DNA of 64,000 nucleotides from a virus (IMGVR_UViG_3300037962_000518:71960-135959), one strand, 5' to 3'. Shown: positions 8,697 to 17,815, numbered from the stretch's first letter. Notes: generated by a model not told the origin, from the letters alone. Numbers and translations: made by a program.

Positions 8697-9154
8697 TATT
8701 TACCTAATCGTCTATACTTTGGTGCTTTTGGCATGACAGGTGGAGGTGGAATGTTATCTAGGATTGCCGATACACTATCCTCAACACTAATATAATTGTA
8801 ATCACACCAATCTTTAAGGATAGTATCCTCTGGGAAATGACGAATACAACTGCTGTCTAGTCTATTTGTTGGTAAAATAAATTCTGGGTTGAAAGGTTGT
8901 CCACTTGTAGATGCAATCTTAAAAGCATCCGCACGATTATAGAAAACACCACATTCATCGATAAAACCTTGACCATTGTCACCAAGTTCTTTCTTAGGTT
9001 TAAGTGTACAACCTAAAGCTTTTAACGTGTGATACACACTTTGCATATTACGTCCCATATGACAACAATCTACCAATGTAACCTCATTAAGGTATTTACC
9101 ATCTTTATAAACTTCATATACATTTGCTGCAGCACTAATCATTTTCTTATGCAT
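8696..9154 (-). CDS. hypothetical protein
   Basis: 152 aa, QGFIDECGVFYNRADAFKIA motif. Confidence 0.6.
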   Translation of the reverse strand: MHKKMISAAANVYEVYKDGKYLNEVTLVDCCHMGRNMQSVYHTLKALGCTLKPKKELGDNGQGFIDECGVFYNRADAFKIASTSGQPFNPEFILPTNRLDSSCIRHFPEDTILKDWCDYNYISVEDSVSAILDNIPPPPVMPKAPKYRRLGK

Positions 9155-9365
9155 TAATTTTCTCTCCTAATTCTTTACATTGAACATCATCTAAATCTTG
9201 CTCCCATGATTCCACCACATCATCATAACCTTTACCAAACTCTACTAAGTATTTAAAGCTACAACCTAAGTTTGTTTCGTACATTGTACGTTTGATAATA
9301 ACTCCTTTTGTAATTAAATTGAACACTTGTACTTTTACTTCTTGATTAAGGTTATATTTAAACAT
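9147..9365 (-). CDS. hypothetical protein (SH3-like, tentative)
   Basis: MFKYNLNQEVKV..GVII; GAGGAG RBS. Confidence 0.55.
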   Translation of the reverse strand: MFKYNLNQEVKVQVFNLITKGVIIKRTMYETNLGCSFKYLVEFGKGYDDVVESWEQDLDDVQCKELGEKINA

Positions 9366-9391
9366 AGTTATTCTCCTCAATAAATTTTAGA

Positions 9392-9450
9392 TAAAATAAA
9401 ACCCTCGCTTCAATATGGGCAATCTTAGCAAGGGCTTGGTTGTGTGTCAA
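9392..9450 (-). promoter_or_regulatory. sigma70 promoter embedded in terminator hairpin
   Basis: TTGACA-17-TAAGAT; stem AAGCCCUUGCU/AGCGAGGGUUU then UAUUUU. Confidence 0.7.
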
Positions 9451-9468
9451 GGGTTATTTCAAAAAGAT

Positions 9469-10761
9469 TTAATATTCTTTTTCTATCTTACAGTTATCTG
9501 AGAAACCGAGAACATACTCATAGGCTCTAAACATAGTATCTTTAAGGACATTTTCATATTCTTCTGCAACTGAGAAATCATCATGTACTTGCATTACAAC
9601 TTGTTTATGATTCTGCATCATACTATCTAATATATAGTCATTTATAGCAGCCCCGATATTTTGAACCATTAAACCTTTAGCTGTAAAGAATAAATCTTCA
9701 ATAATGTAATGAACCTCTTTAACTTTTTCAATGAGAAGTTTTACAGGTATTGTCTTGGTTGGTATAAGACCTTTACTGTAAAGATCGCTAACATCCATGT
9801 TATCAGCTATAGCCTTATTGATAGCTAACTTTGCTGAGTTTTCACTATCTACGTTAAGGCAGATTATAAACGTAAGTTTGGATAGTTTTCTAGCTATCAC
9901 CTCATCGTACCCCAACTCAATTATACTTTCCGTATGATAAGGATCATTCATATCCATTATTTCTTGATTCATACTATAAGCGATAGACGGTTCAAAACCT
10001 TTGTAGTCGTAACATACAACAGGAGATCCTTCAATCTCTAAATTCTGCCTCTCTCTTTTACTTACGTATTGGTAATTGCAATTGTGATGACTCCTCCCGC
10101 CATTATCAAAATCTCCATTAAATATTTTATAGATTTGAATATCTAATCTTTTGCCTTTCAAAGTTATATTCTTATCCATAGAGAATTGATTCCATCTTTC
10201 TACAAAGTCAAGGATAGGTTCAATCTTATCTGTCATTTTAAAAACCTCATTAAGTTTACTTTTACTTTTTCTAAGGATCATAACGTCCTCTATTCTATCA
10301 AACTTCTCTCTAACTTTAACATGTTTTATGTATAATGATTTTAGTTTATAGTTAATCTTGAAATAGCTAGTAGAGTATTCTGTTGGTTGCCAAACACCAT
10401 TAACGAACCCATAATCTTGAATCTCTCCGCCAACTGTAAGATCTCCATAATCAGAAATGTTTAAGAAATTGTATAAAGATCTTGTATAAGTATAGCTTAC
10501 TTTACGTTTCATATCTTTACCATTAACAATCCTAGTCTTAGAATAGGAGCTTTCTCTTAAAGTAAGGATCATTGTGTCCCTATGGTTCAACATACAACTG
10601 TTTAAATTTAAGATCATACAACTAACAGCCTTTTTAGCAAGGGTTCTTTTATGATCTGTTATCTTATTAAAATTTAATGATAGCCATTGTAAGTATTCCT
10701 CTAAAAGTTTATCTCTTAGCTTGTATAAATACTTAGGTATCTTATGATCTATTATGTACAT
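9469..10761 (-). CDS. miniature family-A polymerase-like protein (paralog 1)
   Basis: GGRS..NYQ, motif A-like YDYKGFEP, motif B-like RKLSK, motif C-like VHDDF; no exonuclease domain seen. Confidence 0.6.
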   Translation of the reverse strand: MYIIDHKIPKYLYKLRDKLLEEYLQWLSLNFNKITDHKRTLAKKAVSCMILNLNSCMLNHRDTMILTLRESSYSKTRIVNGKDMKRKVSYTYTRSLYNFLNISDYGDLTVGGEIQDYGFVNGVWQPTEYSTSYFKINYKLKSLYIKHVKVREKFDRIEDVMILRKSKSKLNEVFKMTDKIEPILDFVERWNQFSMDKNITLKGKRLDIQIYKIFNGDFDNGGRSHHNCNYQYVSKRERQNLEIEGSPVVCYDYKGFEPSIAYSMNQEIMDMNDPYHTESIIELGYDEVIARKLSKLTFIICLNVDSENSAKLAINKAIADNMDVSDLYSKGLIPTKTIPVKLLIEKVKEVHYIIEDLFFTAKGLMVQNIGAAINDYILDSMMQNHKQVVMQVHDDFSVAEEYENVLKDTMFRAYEYVLGFSDNCKIEKEY

Positions 10762-10901
10762 TATTAATAATATTATCCTTCTAAAAGTGTCGCTGTCTTA
10801 TCGGCTCATAATGGCCTCAGTAGCGTAGTAGACCCTACTAGGGAAGAAAAGTTGATGTTTTTTAGGTATTTTTGATGATTTTATTTAGGTATTACAGTAA
10901 G

Positions 10902-11105
10902 TTACGATTTTTTAGCAACTTTTAAATTAGTACTCTCTAACCAATCATCAACAGCTTCCTTAAATACCTTCTCAATATTCCATAAACTATCACATTCATA
11001 AGATACTAAATCGGTAGTTCCTGTCACCTTCCCATGATAAACCTTATCTTCCTCAGACCATTCACATGTTCCTTGCCAACCTTTATAATTTAAAAATTTA
11101 CTCAT
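10902..11105 (-). CDS. hicB: HicB-family antitoxin-like protein, orphan, lacks DNA-binding domain
   Basis: YKGWQGTCEWSEEDKVYHGKV..DLVSYE..FKEAVDDWL. Confidence 0.7.
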   Translation of the reverse strand: MSKFLNYKGWQGTCEWSEEDKVYHGKVTGTTDLVSYECDSLWNIEKVFKEAVDDWLESTNLKVAKKS

Positions 11106-11404
11106 AATTCACCTCGCGCTTTCTTTAATAAGTTTATTTTACAGATTAATCTATCCTGAAGCCTACTAGCCTCTCCGTGAGTTTCAGAAGATATAAGCTG
11201 ACTTTCAAGAATAGATATGTCTTTTTCGATTTCATAGTACATATCTGGTGAAGTAGCAATGAGGAATGCGTTTGCCTCTGCTTCTTTATAGTTTATTTCC
11301 TTACAACCTGCTCCAGATACAATAGCATCACAACCTAAATCTTCATGACTTACAAACGCTCCATTAGCAACCCACTTACCTTTTGTAAACTTTGTTTTAC
11401 TCAT
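11102..11404 (-). CDS. conserved phage protein (FTxGxW..EANAxLIA.P family)
   Basis: FTKGKW...EAEANAFLIATSPDM. Confidence 0.6.
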   Translation of the reverse strand: MSKTKFTKGKWVANGAFVSHEDLGCDAIVSGAGCKEINYKEAEANAFLIATSPDMYYEIEKDISILESQLISSETHGEASRLQDRLICKINLLKKARGEL

Positions 11405-11621
11405 TTTCTAACTCCTCATTCATTTGCTTAATTTCAATCTTATCAAACTCTGTCATCTCAACTCTAACAGGTTTGTTATTCAAACGTATATTCAATAATG
11501 CTTCCTGTAGAGGAGCAATATCCTTTTCCATACGTTCTTTGTAATCCTGTGTTATAGCATAAACACGTTTCTCAATAGAGTCAATCAATTTTTGAACATT
11601 ATCTTCATAAACATAAATCAT
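11397..11621 (-). CDS. hypothetical protein
   Basis: GGAGG RBS before ATG 11621. Confidence 0.55.
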   Translation of the reverse strand: MIYVYEDNVQKLIDSIEKRVYAITQDYKERMEKDIAPLQEALLNIRLNNKPVRVEMTEFDKIEIKQMNEELENE

Positions 11622-11947
11622 AACAATTCCTCCAACTTTGCTAAACATTCATCTAAATCCTCGTCAAACCCACCCGAATCTAATTCTAAGAGGCTTTCTA
11701 ACATTTCTTGGTCAATCATACGTTGTTCCATAGAATAGTCTACCACACTCTCCACAGGCTCTTCTCCTTCACATAAAGCCTCTCTTTCTTTCTTAATTTC
11801 ATCAAAACGCTTTCTAAACACATCACGTTCAATATCACCATTCAAGTACTTCTGTCTCATATCATGGTATTCAATGATTGATTTGTTTAATTCATATTGA
11901 ACAACATCTCGATAGATCGGTGAATAATTTGGTTTATTCTTACTCAT
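11618..11947 (-). CDS. hypothetical acidic protein
   Basis: first gene after minus promoter; GGAG RBS. Confidence 0.6.
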   Translation of the reverse strand: MSKNKPNYSPIYRDVVQYELNKSIIEYHDMRQKYLNGDIERDVFRKRFDEIKKEREALCEGEEPVESVVDYSMEQRMIDQEMLESLLELDSGGFDEDLDECLAKLEELL

Positions 11948-11976
11948 AAAAGTCTCCAAATTCTAAGGTTTCATTA

Positions 11977-12005
11977 ATATTAATCATCCCACTAATAAAT
12001 GTCAA
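11977..12005 (-). promoter_or_regulatory. sigma70 promoter driving the island
   Basis: TTGACA-17-TAATAT. Confidence 0.65.
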
Positions 12006-12033
12006 TAGTTAATTTATAAATATTCGATCTGGT

Positions 12034-12062
12034 TTGACATCGTTTGTGTAATAGATTATAAT
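12034..12062 (+). promoter_or_regulatory. consensus sigma70 promoter
   Basis: TTGACA-17-TATAAT, back-to-back with minus promoter. Confidence 0.8.
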
Positions 12063-12101
12063 TAACACTAGAAAGAATATTAAAAATAAAGAGGTTATCT
12101 T

Positions 12102-12590
12102 ATGGCATTAACACCTCTATTGAAAGATTATGATGCAAGAAACATAAGAATAACTTGGAATGGTATTCCTATTCAAGCATATAAAGATGTATTCTTAGAA
12201 GTGGTCTTTGATACAGACATGTTCAATATTAAGAAAGGTATGGATGGAAATGTATGCTACACAGCGCTCACTCCTTCTATGGTGACTCTTAAATTCAATA
12301 CACATATCTATTCTCCAAGTAATGCTTTCTTATGGGATGTTGTTAAGCGTCAAATGGAAAGTGGTGAGCCTCAGATTGCGTCTTTAACAATAACTGATGA
12401 TATTGATGGAGAAATCCTTACTGGTGTGAATTCAGTGTTAACAACCCCAAGCAACTTTACTATGGGTAAGACACATGAAGATTCATCTAATACATGGATA
12501 TTCAAAGCCACTGAACCAAAACTACCTAATTTTAAAGAACTAACAACCCCTGATAAGTTTGGTACATTACTAGACGGGATTTTGTTCTAA
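12102..12590 (+). CDS. tail tube-like protein (paralog of 16767-17195)
   Basis: ITWNGIPI..KKGMDG..GKTHED..TWIF aligns with the tube protein. Confidence 0.7.
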   Translation: MALTPLLKDYDARNIRITWNGIPIQAYKDVFLEVVFDTDMFNIKKGMDGNVCYTALTPSMVTLKFNTHIYSPSNAFLWDVVKRQMESGEPQIASLTITDDIDGEILTGVNSVLTTPSNFTMGKTHEDSSNTWIFKATEPKLPNFKELTTPDKFGTLLDGILF

Positions 12591-12600
12591 TGAGGATCAT

Positions 12601-12768
12601 ATGACAACAATAGTAAAGAAAAAGAAAAATGGTGTTTTGATTGAAGAGATCAAACTACCTGCTAAGCAGGAGAAACCAAATGCGCCTAAACGTAAAAGTA
12701 AAGAAGACAAGAAGCTACAACCAGAAGATAGCAAAACTAAAGAAACAACTGAAAGCGCTTCACAATAG
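12601..12768 (+). CDS. small Lys-rich hypothetical protein (overlapping)
   Basis: GAGGA RBS; 55 aa; overlaps next gene by 89 nt. Confidence 0.35.
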   Translation: MTTIVKKKKNGVLIEEIKLPAKQEKPNAPKRKSKEDKKLQPEDSKTKETTESASQ

Positions 12769-13159
12769 TAGTGTTTTTATAGGGTACTACAATGACCAAG
12801 GAGAGCATGAAGATTCAGGACTCACTTATGTAGAGTTAATGACTATTCATGAATTCGGTGCTCCAGATGTGAATATTCCAGCTCGTCCAGTTTTAAACCT
12901 TACAGAGAATGGTGGATTCTTTAGTGAACAAGATAAGATTGCTATCGGAAATGCTTTCAAAGGTGTGTTTGTAAAGAACATTCCTATATCTCAACCACTC
13001 AATGATATTGGTCAGTACTATGAAGATAAAGGAAAAGCTATATTCGGTCAATCTCCACCACTATTGAATACAGTTGAAGGTAATCCTCCTTTGATTGATA
13101 CTGGAGATTTACAATCTAAGTTTTCATACAGAACATCCTTAACATATAAATCACAATAG
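12680..13159 (+). CDS. tail completion / neck protein
   Basis: VFIGYY..LMTIHEFGA..NIPARP..PLIDTGDL; AGGAG RBS. Confidence 0.75.
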   Translation: MRLNVKVKKTRSYNQKIAKLKKQLKALHNSSVFIGYYNDQGEHEDSGLTYVELMTIHEFGAPDVNIPARPVLNLTENGGFFSEQDKIAIGNAFKGVFVKNIPISQPLNDIGQYYEDKGKAIFGQSPPLLNTVEGNPPLIDTGDLQSKFSYRTSLTYKSQ

Positions 13160-13168
13160 GAGTAATAT

Positions 13169-13567
13169 ATGTCAGCATTTAATACTCTTATGAAAGAGGA
13201 TATTATTGTAAAAAGACCTACTGCTGGAGAAGGACACATTGACTCAGAAGGTAATTGGGTTACATCCGTAACAATAACAGATGTTCCAATGAAAGGTAAT
13301 ATCCAACCATACACCTCTACAGATATTTCGGATGGTAAAGATACAATTCCTTTTAGAGATGGGTTTGATTCATCAGCAGCAAGGAATGTTTTCACAGACC
13401 AACTTGTTTATGGAGTTAGTAGGCAAGACCAAAGAGAACCTGATGAAATTGAATTTGAAGGGTACACTTGGTTATGTTGGAGAGTATATAGTAATTTGAA
13501 TAATCCTTTAGTTAGGCTCAGACATTGTGAAAGTGTTTGGGTGAGAAGGGATGCTTTATCATCATGA
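13169..13567 (+). CDS. head closure protein
   Basis: GNIQP..DEIEFEG..W pattern; position. Confidence 0.65.
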   Translation: MSAFNTLMKEDIIVKRPTAGEGHIDSEGNWVTSVTITDVPMKGNIQPYTSTDISDGKDTIPFRDGFDSSAARNVFTDQLVYGVSRQDQREPDEIEFEGYTWLCWRVYSNLNNPLVRLRHCESVWVRRDALSS

Positions 13568-14193
13568 GTATTTCTCCTAAATTTGTTCAAGGTAAGTTGG
13601 TTACTAAAGTTCAGGAATTGGTTAAGGGTAAGATTTGGGAATATCCCAATGGTATACCAGCAGTATTTAAAAGTAATGCTTTTTATGGTAAAACACCTCC
13701 TTCTCCAGAAATGCCTTACATTGCAATTGACTTCTTTCAAACATTAAACCCTTTCCAAGACGTTAAGTTTGAAGGGTGGCTATCTGAAACAGAGTATGCA
13801 GTATTAGAAACCAAGATAATGCAATTTACTATTACAGTGTATGGATCTGGTGAAGATGATACATTGCAAATAGCTTCAGAATTATCCACTAAATTAAAAG
13901 CTTCATATAATAGAGCCTATTTCATGCAATTTGAAACAGGTCTTTATTCTATCACTAATCCAGTTCCATCTTCAACACGATTATCAGATCAGTATAGAGA
14001 TGTAGCTAGTTTTACAATAGGGCTATCTTATGTAGATAGGGTTATTGATGAAGTTGGAGGCGGTAGTATCACCTCTGTAAATATTGATACTGATTTACAC
14101 AAAGATCCAGAAGGTAAAGGAGGCTTATATCATGGTTTTGACGATAATGATCCTCTAGATATCCAGACGGGTGATATGCCTGAAATTAATTAA
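13564..14193 (+). CDS. tail terminator / neck protein
   Basis: PEMPYIAIDF..FTITVYG; immediately precedes sheath. Confidence 0.65.
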   Translation: MSISPKFVQGKLVTKVQELVKGKIWEYPNGIPAVFKSNAFYGKTPPSPEMPYIAIDFFQTLNPFQDVKFEGWLSETEYAVLETKIMQFTITVYGSGEDDTLQIASELSTKLKASYNRAYFMQFETGLYSITNPVPSSTRLSDQYRDVASFTIGLSYVDRVIDEVGGGSITSVNIDTDLHKDPEGKGGLYHGFDDNDPLDIQTGDMPEIN

Positions 14194-14213
14194 AAACAAC
14201 GGAGTTAAAATAA

Positions 14214-16767
14214 ATGGCAACATATAGTCCATTGGCTACCGCTATTATTTCATTAGCTACAGCTTCTTTTGAACGTCAGGGTTTTGGAATTCCACTTTTC
14301 ATTACTCCTCATCGTTTTACTGAAGACCGTGTGCTAATCGTAACAGCAGATAGCTACCAAACAGACCTTCCTGTAGGAAGCGATGCATACGCTGCAGCAG
14401 CAACTTCATTTGCCCAACCTAACGGTTTATCACAACTATACATTGGTCGTGTAGAAGCAGATGCAGAGATTACTGTTCCTGTAGCACCAACTGAAAATGA
14501 AACCTATTCTTTCACTATTGAAGTGAATGACGGTGATAGTTTAGAAGTAACCCACACTGCTGGTGCAACACCTACACAAGAGTCTGTACTAGGTGCATTG
14601 GAAACTGCAATTAATGGTGATACTGATGTAGCAGCTCATGTAACAGCAACACTATCTGGTACAGGTGCTTCTGCTAAACTTACTATTACAACAGTTTCAA
14701 CAGGCGACTTCTTCTTACTAAGCGACTTAGTTAAACTTGAAGATACTTACGTAGCTACAGAAACAGCAACAGAAGCTTTCACAGCAATTTCTGCAGAGAA
14801 TAACAACTTCTATGGTGTTGGTACTTCTGATAAGACTGAAGCTTGGCTATTGGAGCTTGCGGCTGTAGTAAATGCAGTTGAAAAACAATTCTGGACAACA
14901 GTATCGGATACAGGTGCGTTATCGGCATTAGCTGATCCAGCTACAGATACACTTGGTAAACTTCAAGCAGGTAATTATTTACGTGTTGTATCAGGTTATC
15001 ACCAAGATGCAGAAACAACTTTCCCAGAAATGGGTGCATTAGCATTTAACCTTCCATTCCCTGCTGGCAGTATTGTCTGGGGTAATGCAAAGACTAGTGG
15101 TATTGGTGCTTCACGAGATGCTGATGGTAAGAAACTTGGTGTTACGGAAAAGCAAGCTCTACTAGACCGTAATGCATTCTTCTGGGATGAGCAAGGCGGA
15201 GCTCAATTCTTAAATTCAGATGTTAAGACATCTAGCGGTGAACGTCCTGAAAATGTTCGCGGTAAAGATAATATGGTTGTAGATATTCAAGCTGCTGTAA
15301 GTGAGCTTCTTCTTAACCAAGTAGGTAGAAAATTACCGTTAAAGTTAGCGGCCTAGTATAGAAATATATTAGTGAAAATCTCGTGAATTGCTGGAAAGCC
15401 CTTAGAGCTTTAAGAACTACAACGTGACTTTGAAATAAAGGTGAGCGTGAATGTTTGAAAATCTTGAAGATTGGGTAATCAGCAGCCAAGCCCCTAATAG
15501 GGGAAGGTTCAACGACTATTCCGATAGGAAGTAGGAATCAAGTGATTCCGAAGTGCGAGAGGTGGTAGTTATTTAATAACCCACTAAGATATAGTCTGGT
15601 CTTATATGAAAGTATAAGCTGTCCTTATTAAGTTTCATAATTTAAGGGTTTAAGGTGTGCCTACTCACACCACCCTATTTTACCTAGTAGGAGGTAAATA
15701 TGAAACATAAAAGATTTAATGAAGCATTACCTTACACTTACTTACTTGTACGTAAGTCTGATAACTTAAAATATCACGGTGTACGATATGCAAATACCAA
15801 GTTGGGTTTAAGCCCTGAAGAAGATTTCGGAAAGAAGTACTTCACCTCTGGTAAATTAAGAAAAGAGTTTAAGAAGCATCCGGAAAGATTTGAATACACT
15901 GTTAAGTGGACTTTTGATACAGTAGATGAAGCACTTTCACATGAGTATCAGGTGAATAAAAGAATCTTTCTGAAAGACGACTGGGCTAACATGTGCTACG
16001 GTAAGAATTTTGGAGAACACCCAGACATAGGCTCTCTTATCAGCGCATCCAGAACTAAAGATGTAGTGGAACAAGGTGTTAAAGCTCTTAAAGATTTTCT
16101 TTACAATACAGAGGAAGGTACTCAGATAAGGTACGAGATTTCTGAAAGAAAGAAAGCTTTCTGGAAAGATAAAACACATTCAGAAAAACTAGAAATCTTA
16201 AAAGCTGCACACGAAACTCTAACTCAAGAACATTTTGACAAATTACATGAATGGAGAAGAGAGGTAGTAGATGATAAAGGTACTACCCGAAACCATTTAA
16301 TATGTCGAAAGAGTGCGGAAACTAGAGCTAAGAATGGAACTAACTCTATCATAGGTAAGAAAAGAAATGAAATTTTCAATGAAAAGTTGAAAGCTATGAC
16401 AGATGAAGAGTTTGCCGAATGGTGTGAAGGGAGAACTCCCAGAGCTATTAATGGTGCAACTACAAGAAGAAACAAATAACTTGGTAAGGACAGGAGAAGA
16501 TTAACGAACTTCTCTAACACAAACGATAATAATTTAGGAATTGCACAAATTGAAAGTGTTGTAGACAGTGTTTTACAAACATACGTTCAACGCAATTTCA
16601 TTGAAAATAGTTATGTTATTACATCACCAGATGCACGTTTAATTGCGGGTGGTATTAAAGCTACTCAGAAACTAGATAACATGACATTCGTTGCACAATT
16701 AACTGGTGCAATCACGATGGTTGATGCTATCCGTGGTATTCTTCAACTTGACGAGGTATTACAATAA
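14214..16767 (+). CDS. tail sheath protein, spliced (exons 14214-15339 + 16526-16767; 455 aa)
   Basis: splicing restores KLPY-NNLGIAQIESVV (sheath C-terminal motif); GFGIPLF N-terminus. Confidence 0.9.
15340..16525 (+). ncRNA. group I intron (IA-like) in tail sheath
   Basis: P AAUUGCUGGAAA, Q AAUCAGCAGCC, R GUUCAACGACUA, S AAGAUAUAGUCU; P1 CCGU/GCGG with U-G; terminal G 16525. Confidence 0.93.
15700..16479 (+). mobile_element. intron-encoded Seg-like GIY-YIG homing endonuclease
   Basis: YTYLL..KYHGVR..YFTSG..EAL..E; looped out by stem CUGUCCUUA(15619-27)/UAAGGACAG(16485-93). Confidence 0.75.
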
Positions 16768-17195
16768 TGGCTAGTACTGTATTGACAGATTACGTATCAC
16801 AAGACGTAGATTTAGTTTGGGATGGTATTCCAATCGTAGCTAAAGCAGATACATTTGTAACAGTGTCTTTTGAAGAAGACCACATCACGGCTTCACAAGG
16901 TCCAGATGGTTTTGTATCACATTCACTTTTACCCGCTACAATGGGAACTATTGAAGTAACTCTTCAACAGGAATCAGAAACACACGCTCTTTTAACTGCT
17001 GTATTGGCTGCACAAAAAGAAGGTCGTCAGATCAAGCGTGGTACTTTCCTAATCCTGAATCCAAATGGTAATAGTTTGTACACAGGTATTAATACGTGTA
17101 TCCGAACTGCACCAACAGTGACGTATGGTAAGACACACGAAGATGGTTTACGTACATGGACATTCCATGCCGCAGACCTTAAATTAGCAGGTTAA
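16767..17195 (+). CDS. tail tube protein
   Basis: follows sheath with TAATG overlap; GPDG..GTIEVTLQQES. Confidence 0.85.
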   Translation: MASTVLTDYVSQDVDLVWDGIPIVAKADTFVTVSFEEDHITASQGPDGFVSHSLLPATMGTIEVTLQQESETHALLTAVLAAQKEGRQIKRGTFLILNPNGNSLYTGINTCIRTAPTVTYGKTHEDGLRTWTFHAADLKLAG

Positions 17196-17209
17196 TAAAG
17201 CCTGAATAT

Positions 17210-17234
17210 AAAGGAGGCTACGGCCTCCTTTTTT
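17210..17234 (+). terminator. intrinsic terminator
   Basis: AAAGGAGGC-TACG-GCCTCCTTT-TTT. Confidence 0.85.
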
Positions 17235-17266
17235 GTTTGAGAATTTTAAAAGAGAGATAAATAATT

Positions 17267-17815
17267 ATGAGTTTTGATTTAAAAGAATTAGCAGCACAAC
17301 ACGGTATTAAAACTACAGATGAAATTGCAGCACTAAACGAGAAGTCTTACAAACACATTGAAGTAGAAGGTAACCTGTACAGAGTTAAGATGCTTGGAGG
17401 TAGAAAAGGTGTTAGTATCGCTCTCAGATTGAAGTCTATTGCACTTCCTCTTATTGGACAAGGGTTTGATGGGGTTAAGGCTGAAAATAACTTTGTAGAG
17501 CTTCCTAGAACGTTTACGCAAATGGCTATGATCCTTAATGAACAAATGGATAGTGTTGGTGTGGAGTCTTTAATCTTCGATAGTATTCTTTTTGATGTAA
17601 GTATTAAAGAAGGTGATAGTTGGAAAGCAATTGATTGGGATGAACATTTAATGGGAAATTATGGTTGTCTTATTCCATTATTAACTTTCGCATTAAAGGA
17701 GAACTTTTCAAGTTTTTTTACAGGGAGTGGTATGATGAAAGGCATCCTATCGAAAGTGCAGAATCTATGGGACTCAAATCAGGAATACACACAAGACGAC
17801 ACAGAGACAGAGTAA
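17267..17815 (+). CDS. tail assembly chaperone (G)
   Basis: between tube and tape measure; IDWDEHL..NF..FF. Confidence 0.75.
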   Translation: MSFDLKELAAQHGIKTTDEIAALNEKSYKHIEVEGNLYRVKMLGGRKGVSIALRLKSIALPLIGQGFDGVKAENNFVELPRTFTQMAMILNEQMDSVGVESLIFDSILFDVSIKEGDSWKAIDWDEHLMGNYGCLIPLLTFALKENFSSFFTGSGMMKGILSKVQNLWDSNQEYTQDDTETE

